This document shows, in pieces, positions 38,412-48,094 of a DNA stretch of 64,000 nt; positions within the stretch are counted from its first letter, which is position 1, and every line of letters starts with the position of its first letter. The DNA is from Pocillopora damicornis (lineage: Eukaryota): contig NW_020843958.1 of the NCBI RefSeq assembly GCF_003704095.1, positions 62,001 to 126,000 of the forward strand. The letters are read 5' to 3'. The notes beneath the pieces were generated by a model that saw only the letters and a program-made list of their open reading frames with translations, made no database searches and was not told the origin of the DNA. A program made the translations under genes and the position numbers.

Positions 38412-38599
38412 CCTTGATGCTAAAGATACTGTTAACCTGCAGATGCAATCTTTAAGAATGACTAATCATAGGGGTCAGTCACATGTTTACTTCCGGACTT
38501 TAAGTGACGAGTGAAGACTGGTTGTTGTGACCGCTGACTAGTACTTGTAGGCAACTGTTGAGGGGTGAGTTGACCTGAGTTGGGGATAGCCGGTAAGTT
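38412..38599. promoter_or_regulatory. Bidirectional promoter region between TMEM104 and NAT9
   Basis: Divergent ATGs at 38411 (-) and 38600 (+), 188 bp apart. Contains E-box GTCACATG (38478-38485) and ETS-like ACTTCCGG (38489-38496). Confidence 0.7.
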
Positions 38600-41500
38600 A
38601 TGAAAGTCAACAGTGATATACTCTTGGAGGGGAGAAAAATAGTCCTAGTACCTTACAGAAAGGAACACGTTCCAAGGTATGTTTGCAGAATCATGGAGTT
38701 GGAGATGAATTTTTAGAGGAAATATTTCTATATAACCGTATACTGTCCTAAATCAAAGCATTAGTCTGAGAGGCAATCTGCTGTTTGGGCATTGTCTTCT
38801 CCTTTGTCAAAACTGTATGCATAACGAAGCATCGGGTCATACAGAAATCTTTCTATTTTAGGTTCTAGATTAAAAGTTCGAAAATAAACCCATTCATCCT
38901 AAGTTGTTTTGGTTTGTATCAATTTGTTAACTTGAAAATAGTCAGGGTATCTGCGTGTCTGTCAGTCCGTTCATAAGTTAGCAGGTAATTTAGTGTTAAC
39001 AACTGGGTTGAAAACGTAAATTAGCCACCGTAAAGAGTAAAAAAGCTGACGTTTCGAGCGTTAGCCCTTCGTCAGAGCGATCAATCGTCAATCGTCAATC
39101 GCTCTGACGAAGGGCTAACGCTCGAAACGTCAGCTTTTTTACTCTTTACGGTGGCTAATTTACGTTTTCAACCCAGTTGTTAACACTAAATTACCTGCTA
39201 TACTCTCCCACCGACGCAGCACCACAGTTTTTTTAGAAACTTACCCCTTCGTTCATAAGTTAATCAATCAGTAAGCCAGTCAGTTTGTCAGACTGTCAGT
39301 TTGTCAGACTGTCAGTTTGTGAGTATGCCCTCCACTGAATGTGACATGAAGTAAGGAGAGTCTCTATCGGGGCACAATAAATTTGTTTGGGAATCCTCTA
39401 GAATCTACAAAGTGCAATTGCACTTCATTAATTATCTAGTTCTGTTGCACTGTTTTATCTTCAAGATATCATGACTGGATGCAGTCACCAGAACTGTTGG
39501 AGCAAACAGCATCTGAAAGACTGACACTGGATCAGGAATATGAAATGCAACAGAGTTGGTTCTTAGATGAAAACAGTATGTCAGTTGCTATCATTGAAAC
39601 TAGACTACATTGTCCACTTAAGCTGGACCTATGAGGTGGTTCTTTTAGTAAGGAAATAAAAGTTTGCAAGACAATTAACCTGTTAACCACTAAGTGTTGC
39701 TTGCATCTAATTTCTCCTTACAGTATCAGTCTTGAATCGTATATAATGGTCACAAGAATAATGGAAAAGATCACAAATTTAATTCTTTACTGCTTGAGGG
39801 AAATGCCAAATGTTTCTTAAATGAGGACAATGAACCATTAGATCATGTATGATATATCACTTTAAAGGTATTTTTTGGAGTATGCTATAATTGACACCAA
39901 CAGGTATGGAGGAGATAACTGAAAAGACTGAGAAGTGTCCAAAGTGAAATATAAAATATCTTGAAATTTTTTGTTTGCCTTGTATGTATAGGGCATACCA
40001 CTAAATTATGGCCTAATTGCAGCTCTCAGAGCATTGATTGTTGTGAGATATCACCTTGACCAAAATGATATGAGGACAAAAAGTTACAGGGGTGGTAAAT
40101 CAAGTGTTATATTGGAGGGGGCCATGATTTTTTGCTTTCAATGTGCAAATCTTTCAATGACTTTTTGGTTGTGAAAATTTCAGAAGAAATTATTAAAAAT
40201 TGAGTATGAAATGGCATCTTATGCCATATGGCACTCTTGGGCTTTAACTCTTTACCCCCCCGACATCAGTATGTATATTCTTCATACTGTTCCTCATACA
40301 TTTCCAAAGAGGCTGACAAGGAGAATTTGTGTAACAGTCAAGAGCTGCTTTAGTTGGTGATCATCTCCTCTATTCTCATAACTTTTATGTTTGATTCAGG
40401 AGTGATATAGTTGGGAGAAATTAGATACTCATCACTCTTAGGGGCTAAAGGGTTAACCTCCTAATTGTCAAATAAATTTTCCCGGTTATTACCACAGAAA
40501 ATGTAGAGAGATCAGTGAGGAGAATGTGAATACAAATGTCAGGGTGTAAAGGGTTAACCCTTTAACTCCTAAGATATGATTGTTAATTCTCTCCTCTAGC
40601 TGCTATACATTTCCTTGTAAATTGGTTATGAGAATTTGGTGTTTAATCAAGATAATATCTTGTATGTGATAAATTTGATTATTCTCACTACCTGCTTGCT
40701 GGATAATGTATGGATGCTATAAAGAGATGTTGTATGTTAATCACTTCTGGGAGTTAAAGGGTTAAGGTTCAATCAATCTAGGCTTGTTAGCACATAGGCA
40801 GCCCAAGCTCATGTCTTGAGAAAAAGCCAACAATTAATTCATGAAGGCATCACGCATTGTGTGACTTGGTGTTAAATTACGAGAGGAACCATTGAAAATT
40901 TGAACATGTTTTAAGGAATAGTGTGGGGAATGAAATATGGTTGATTTATAACAATAAATATTTCAAAATATGAACATTTTACACACAAAATTAACAAAAA
41001 CTTATTCATACCTTGTGTATCCGTTGTAGTTTCTGGCAATTTCTGCCATTTTAAGCTTGCTTTACCATCACTGGTATTCCTGTCAAAAGACTTCATCTTT
41101 TGTTGTGAATAACAGTGATGGTAAAGCAAGCTTAAAACAGTAGAAATCATCAGAAACTACAACGGACACACAGGATGTGAGTAAGTTTTATTGATTTTAC
41201 TTGTAAAATATTCATATTTTGAAATATTTATCATTTTCAATCAACCATATCTTGTTCTCCTTACTATTCCTTATAACGTGTTCAAATTTTCAATGGTTCC
41301 TGTTTTAACTTAACATTGACTCACACAACGCATGACACTTTCATGAATTAAGCATTGGCTTTTTCTTGAGACATGAGCTTGGGCCACCTGTGGTTAGTGT
41401 ACAATGAAATTGTACAACCATTTGATGCAGGTACTGGATTCAAATTTTGATAATTGGGTACTAATTCATTTTTTTTATATATATATATATATTTTTAACA

Positions 41501-44193
41501 ATTCAGAGTGTACATTTATCATCTTGGACAGAAACAATTGGGTACTAATTCATTTTTTTATATATATATATATTTTTAACAATTCAGAGTGTACATTTAT
41601 CATCTTGGACAGAAACAAATGGGTCCATCCAGAAGTTACAGAAATAGGTTTGTAAACTGTTCATAATTATTACATCATTTAGTTTCCAAAAAATAAGGAA
41701 AACTCTTCCTGTGATAACATTCAAACAAAACCATGTCAAACTGATTCAGCCAGGCTGCACAGGAAAATGTGTGGTCTTTTGTCATGAAGTATGGAGTCCA
41801 TGAAGCTTGAAGATACAACCTTCTTGTTTTGACTTGTTTGATAAGCTATTTAGCAATTAGGGAGTCCTACAGATGAGTGAAAAATGTAAATAAGCTAGTT
41901 CTAAATACAGCAAGGGAAGTCTAAACAATGTCCTTAGAGCTAGTTACAAATGTAACAAGTGTACTTACATGAAAAATAAACAATTAATAAGTCACAAAGT
42001 TGGAAGAACTTATGAATAATTCAAAACAACATGGCTGGAAATGGCAGGCATCTTTCTGAGCTGGTCAGCAGTCTTAGGGCTTAATGGGCTGCTGTACAAT
42101 AGTACAGCAGCTGTAGTACAGAATAATACAGAATACTGCTGTACTAAAGTACAGCCATATTCTCTTCACCACTCACAGTCTCGAGCCATATATTTTCTTG
42201 TCTGTTTCTTTGTCTCAATCAATATGTGCATATCATTATATCCCGATAATATTTAATCAACAAATTTATATGGAGAGCTTTAGCCTTCAGTAAATTATGT
42301 TTTTTTTTGTCATGATGAAAAGGGTACTCATGTAAAATTAGGTTTGGCTATAAGTATCTAAAGCACATTTTTGTTGGCAATACATGTTTGATTGTGTACT
42401 AAAGCATAAATGGATGTTTTTGTTTAAAGAATGTATGGCTGGTGATGTCAATTTGTTCTTTGATGACAGCCAGCAAGAAGTTGCAGAGATAGAAATTATG
42501 ATAGCAGGTATAATTTACTGTGGTTTTTTTGACTTACGATCTCCTCCAGGCCTCTAATCAACAAAATAACTCCCTGACTCAGAATTACTTGAAGGATCAG
42601 AGATTTAGTTTCCTTAGCTTTGTTTGCATTTCCTTTTAGTGTAGCAAGAGCATCCCTTTTCTCTTATTGATTACATAACTATGGGAAGAAAAGGGTGAAA
42701 ATTACAGCCATGCAAGACGACTCAACCTTATTTACTGCTTTGCAGGAGATTTGAACATAAGTACATATCTTCACTCACTTTGAAACAAGTGGCTACCTCA
42801 AATTCAGTGCTTATACAATCTGAAGCAATTTCTTTCGCTGAACATTTTTCACCATTAATCCACTTCCATGTGCTTGACAGAACCATCTTGTAGAAGATGT
42901 GGACTTGGAAGAGAAGCCCTATTAGCCATGATGAACTATGGTAACTGTTCAACTCATTTTGTGGAACACCCAGATTCATGATTACCTTCAGTAAGGTTTC
43001 CAGCAATTTTTTTTCCACTTCAAGCTTGTATTTATCCGTGTAACCAGCCTGGAAAACTCCAAACAAGGTGTGACATGATAGAAAACACCCCTAAAAAGGC
43101 ACTGCAGAACTCTCTATCCGCATCTATCTATCCGTGGTCATGGTTTCTGATCATTGGGCTTCCTTATTTCCTATATAGACCAGCTATAGTATACTTATTT
43201 TGGGTTTTGTTTCATCATCATCAGGGTATTGATTATATCTCTCCTACATGAATTTTAGGTGTTACCTGCCTAGGAGTAAAAAAATATGTAGCGAAGATTG
43301 GTTGCGGTAACGAACCAAGTTTAGCACTTTTCCGCAAATTGGGATTTGTTGAGGTTAGCTTAAAAGCGTTTATGTCCTATTCATGACAATGAAATCAGTT
43401 TTTTCTTATAAGTTTATGTCTATAAAATCCTTGTGCTGCGCTCCTAAGTGAAATGATCAGAAAAAAACGGCAACAATAGCAACCGCAATGACTTACGAAG
43501 CTATAGATACATTAAAGGGGATAAATTTCAAGAGAAACTGTGGTACTGCATCGGTGGGAGAGTATAACAGGGTAATTTAGTGTTAACAACTAAGCTGAAA
43601 ACGTAAACTGGCCACAGCGATTGGCTCTGACGAAAGGCTGACGCTCGAAACGTCAGCCTTTAAACTCTTTACGGTGGCCAATTTACGTTTTCAACTCAAT
43701 TGATAGCACCAAATTACCCTTAATAGATACATTAAACAAACAACTAGAATGGGCGTATCTCTGCAAGGTGGTTCACGTCAACTGAAAAGCTATTTAAGCT
43801 TATGAAAATGTATAAAATTTGAGAAATAGGAAATAGCAAAATCAAGCGGAAAAATAAATAAGAGGAGTTGCCGAATGAAAAAGAGAGTTAGAGGAAACTA
43901 CTAAATTGAGTGATTTGTTCAGATCCATCATTACGCATAGTAGCTGGCTATACTTCTGTAGGACACTGTACACGCACCATTTTAAAGTTACCGTGTCTAG
44001 ACATAGAAGATTTCACTTAATTTTTTTTTTTCTTATTTAATGACAGATTTCCATCAGCGAAGTATTCAAAGAGGTTACACTGGAGATGCAAGTAACCCAG
44101 AGTGTGAAACAACAGCTTACTCAGGCAACCAGTTACATTCTTCATCACAAGTATCCCTACAGACCTACTCAGAACTCGGATAAAAACTTGTAA
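38600..44193 (+). CDS. NAT9: N-acetyltransferase 9 (GNAT family), 7 exons
   Basis: Exons: 38600-38676, 39466-39575, 41588-41647, 42430-42507, 42881-42940, 43259-43353, 44047-44193. Protein MKVNSDILLEGRKIVLVPYRKEHVPRYHDWMQSPELLEQTASERLTLDQEYEMQQSW..KCTFIILD..CMAGDVNLF..EIEIMIAEPSCRRCGLGREAL..AKIGCGNEPSLALFRKLGF..SEVFKEVTL is colinear with recalled human NAT9. Confidence 0.95.
39045..39078 (-). ncRNA. Minimal type I hammerhead ribozyme motif (minus-strand copy)
   Basis: Exact reverse complement of 39101-39134. Confidence 0.75.
39101..39134 (+). ncRNA. Minimal type I hammerhead ribozyme motif
   Basis: GCU-CUGACGA-A-GGGC(UAAC)GCUC-GAAA-C-GUC-AGC. Stem I is GCU/AGC, with the CUGANGA core, stem II, GAAA, palindromic ACGU stem III and a GUC cleavage triplet. 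Confidence 0.8.
40244..40765. mobile_element. Chain of three piggyBac-type MITEs sharing TTAA junctions
   Basis: Units 40244-40456, 40453-40557 (partial) and 40554-40765 (TTAACCCTTTAACTCC..GGAGTTAAAGGGTTAA, 212 bp including TTAA). Confidence 0.8.
40791..41392. mobile_element. About 600-bp foldback element (long imperfect palindrome)
   Basis: Pairing arms: CCCAAGCTCATGTCT/AGACATGAGCTTGGG, GGAACCATTGAAAATTTGAACA/TGTTCAAATTTTCAATGGTTCC, ATATGGTTGATT/AATCAACCATAT, CCGTTGTAGTTTCTG/CAGAAACTACAACGG. Confidence 0.8.
41452..41618 (+). repeat. Tandem duplication (81-84 bp period) covering the NAT9 exon 3 acceptor
   Basis: AATTGGGTACTAATTCAT(T)n(AT)nTTTTTAACAATTCAG|AGTGTACATTTATCATCTTGGACAGAAACAA occurs twice. 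Confidence 0.9.
43517..43722. mobile_element. Penelope-associated hammerhead element, opposite orientation, one arm internally deleted
   Basis: Direct repeat ATAGATACATTAAA at 43503-43516 and 43723-43736. Plus-strand hammerhead at 43623-43658: GGCTCTGACGAAAGGCTGACGCTCGAAACGTCAGCC. Confidence 0.85.
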
Positions 44194-45803
44194 TCAGTCA
44201 TGGAAGCTATGGGAGAATTCATCAAACATGTTTTGTTTTCTCGATCTCTGCACTTGCAGAGTCACAGAACTTCCGAGATGTCGGATACAAGGACACGATC
44301 TTTTCACACCGTTTTTATCATGTGACAGGCCGAATGTCTGGAACATAGATTTCAGCATGAAATCGAATGTTATTACAGTTGCCATTTAAGCGCGCAAGGA
44401 TACCTAAAGGTTACAACAGCCCTGTTCTTAGTGGACTTTGAAAAAGAGGAACATTGCCTTTTTGTCCAGTTTCTGAAATATTCTGTTCATAAATGTATGG
44501 GGACGACACGAGAAGAAGTCATTCACTTGATGAGAGCAGAGTTTCTCCTTGGTATGTTAATAAGGAAATCAAAGTCGATCTGAGTTACTTTGCCTTCCAT
44601 TGCATCACCAACACTCGCATTCGTAGTTAGTGAGCTCGAAGGCCCGTGTCTTTATCACTGATACACATTTGCAATCCAGTTTAATCCTCTTTGTCCTGAG
44701 CTATCTTTGTTTTTATTCGGTTTGTAGTCATCTTTTTATTTTTTGTACTTTTGTACCCGCAGAGAAAAGACTAAAAACACTATGACGTAACCCTTTTATC
44801 ATCTCTCGATATAGTCCCCCCTCCTCCCCCCTCCGTATTCCTACATTCGTAATAGATATTTTGGTAAAGGAGAAATAATTGCAGTTAGCAATGGTTATAT
44901 ACACTATTGAAGCAATTGTGAAATTGAAATTAGAATCACAGAAGAGGAAAATTACCCTTGCAAAGGGTTCGAACCATGATCGTCACTCGTTTTCCAATGA
45001 ATATATCCGGGAGGAATCCCTGCTTTTTTTGTTTACTTCCGTGTTGAAGAACTCCACGGGACTCCCGAAAGTATCGCAAGGAGACAACCTTGAAAAAATT
45101 TAAACAATCACGCTGCAAGCAAAAGTATACTTATTACTGACGTTCCTTTCTACTGATGAAAGGCTAATGTGCCAATTTTCGAAATGATAGTTCTCAGTCG
45201 TATAATAAATCGAAATTTTCGTTTTCAGTAAAATGGGAAAATGATGAATAATAAGCTATTTACATCCGTTTTAATCGAAGAAACCAAATAGAAATGGCTT
45301 TTTTCATAGCTCTCAAGGTTCACTGAGTAAAGTTTAATTAATATTCCAAAGTACATGGGTATTCCGTTTTCGAAAGTTCGAAGAGGAATGTTTATTTTAC
45401 TAGCTAAAGCTGTGTCGAAAGTTAACCTCACCAGGCAAGGCCCTCTGTGAATTAGCGAATCATGTGAGAGGTGCTTGCGCTTCCGTGAAGATTAAACTTT
45501 TGAAGTGCACGAAAGATTTATGATCGTTTTTCGGTTTTGATTTCCGAGCTTCCTTTTCGGGCCCGTGTTATTTTTTCCCTGTAACGTTATGATAATGCGA
45601 TTTTAACTGAAACAGACTTGACATGTAGCTCACGTGATACGAGATTTTGGCCTGTTGTTGTCGACCCGAAGCAAATAATTTGTCGACGAATGATTTACTG
45701 ACGGACAAATGTTCGGTTCGTCAGAATATAATTATCGTCCTTGCATGACTGAGTAATGAGTTAACTGGCCAGCAAGTTTACTTTAAGCAAAGGCTTAAAA
45801 AAA

Positions 45804-46501
45804 ATGTCCTCGATAAAGAGACAAAATGAAAAGGCTAAAACTGCTATAGTGGCGCTAAAACAGGAAAATGGAAATGATGTCTGTGCGGACTGCAGCAAGC
45901 AAGGTAACAGTGTCAAGTTAAGTGAGATATGGTTAGATGTTCCCTAGTGTTATTAACGAGTTCACTAATGTATCCATACAAATGGCAATTAACTGCCGTG
46001 GGTAGCTGCGCAGAACCCTATTCTTGTAAAGGTTGTGAACGAAGCCCTAGAAAAAGGCGGCAAGGTTTCGAACAGACGAAATGTCTATTTGTTTTGAACG
46101 TCGGTGCCTCGACGAAAGCTGTGCTCTAATTAAGGTCGTTAATTAGAGGTGCCAGTTTCTTTCCGTCGTAGTACCATCATTTCGCTTTTGTAATAAGAGG
46201 AGTTTTATAAGCTCTCCAACAGGAAGGTAAATAAAGCCCCGCATTTGAACTGACAAACTGATCAACTCATAGGGCTCAGACCAAGAATTACTCTGAAGGA
46301 TGAACCGATGTGACACTTCCTAATGAGCTTAAGCTTTGAAATTAGCATATATGGTTTCCCATTACAGATCCTAGGTTCACTTGTCTGAAGAAAGGATTAT
46401 TCTTATGCCAAAACTGTGCTCAAGTCCACACTAGTTTTGGAGGTACAAATTCAAGGATCAAATCTATTGATCTGGGAAACTGGAATGACGAAACTCTACA
46501 G
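45804..46501 (+). CDS. Alternative first exons 1a/2a of the ADAP gene: divergent ArfGAP zinc finger lacking the catalytic Arg
   Basis: Exons 45804-45903 and 46368-46501 with canonical splice sites encode MSSIKRQNEKAKTAIVALKQENGNDVCADCSKQDPRFTCLKKGLFLCQNCAQVHTSFGGTNSRIKSIDLGNWNDETLQ. The chain ends in phase 0, compatible with the exon starting at 50933. Confidence 0.75.
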
Positions 46502-48094
46502 GTAATGTTCACCGCATTATTCAACTATTTGAATCACCTTAGAGACAAACTACGTATTTGCCTTGGATGTATTTCACGTCGTGCGATTACTTGACAATCA
46601 CGAATGAGAAAGTTGTAGTTTTTTTTTTATCCTAAAGGCCTTTCTAAATTATCCAGATTGATGATATTCATGAGATGTATTTGTGGAATCGCGCTCTAAG
46701 ATGCCGATTCGCGCTATTGAACATGCAATGTTTTCTTACGTTACGCACGAAGCCTTGTCACGTGACAACGGTCACGATATCAATAAATAGGGATTTCAAT
46801 TTCATTTGGGTTGGTTTATAAGCTATTAGTCTAACTGGATAACAGTTAACGTAAGCACCAAATCTACATTTAAATTGTACACACACTCAGAACAGCAACA
46901 CAAAACCCATTTCAATGACACTTCCTTGTTTAGTAGTCTGTAAAGATCTGTCTGTCAAGGAAGTGGTTTTGTTTAAGCGATTGACGTAGTTTGGGCAATA
47001 CTGCAAACTTTCGTGGTCTTGTTTCGCGGTTCATCAGAGAACCAGATTTCTACCATTCCTGCTGAAGTCATGACAGAGTAAACAATGCTACTCTATTCGC
47101 TAAGCAACGGAATCTTTCAGGCCCTTAAGGCGCCCATATGGTGGAGAAATTTGTTCATCTGCGGTGTAACTGCCAAAACCAGTTCCCCTCTGCTGGCAAA
47201 GCTAAAGAAAAACGGATAATTTTTCAGTGGCTTTTAATAGCAAATTGACTGAAAATTACAATGGAAATACTGATCGAGTTCCTTGCCACATACTCTGTTT
47301 TGAACTATACCTTGACCATTATTACCTGAAAGTGCTTTTACTCAAGTCTGCGGCTAATTTTCTTTGCCAATTTTGCTCCTTAAGAAATAATGCTCGTTAT
47401 TTATTCTCGCAAAGGAAAACTCGTTCGTGACTCTCGTTAAGAAAAACTTGCTGGAGTACGATTTCCCTTTATCTTCCGTAATTTCCTTGACGAACATCCG
47501 GCTTTGTTAAGTTACCTGAATTTGCAAGTTCTTCTTCGACGTGGAAAATTTTTCTTCTTCAACTTTATGAGCCTGAAAAGCTCATACTTAAATCTTTTAA
47601 AAAGAAAGATGTTGTACATTATAAATTGAAAAATCATAGGGTCCAAACCTACTAGTCTCTAACTATACGTATACTTTGACTTGGAAGTTATAACCAGTGT
47701 AGCTTTTTATGGCAACACTCACGAGGTAACTGGCGATAGCAGTTAAGCTAACATTCAAGAATTTGTGCTATTTGAATTCACTCAATGGTTTAATTTTACC
47801 AACATAGTAAAAACATTATACTATCGGAACTAAACCTCATATTTAAACAAACCTTTCAAAAACGTAACTATTCGAAATAATCCCATCTCTACGAGTGATT
47901 TTTTCCATATTCGCACGTAGAAGTCCTATCCGCTTGTTTCTGCTCGTTTCCAAATGTGGGTTTCATGTGGTTCCATGTGGTTTCAAATGACTTTATGTTG
48001 CGCAAAGAATGGGAATGAATTACGGTACTAGAGGAAATGATGCGAGTACTTCCCCCACCCCCTGTTGGTACGCGATGGATTCGCTGCATTCAAA

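Larger units (their letters stand above)
38981..39249. mobile_element. Intact non-autonomous Penelope-associated element with twin inverted hammerhead ribozymes
   Basis: Perfect 103-bp inverted repeat (38979-39081 / 39098-39200) plus a unique tail. Flanked by direct repeat CGTTCATAAGTTA at 38968-38980 and 39250-39262. Confidence 0.9.
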
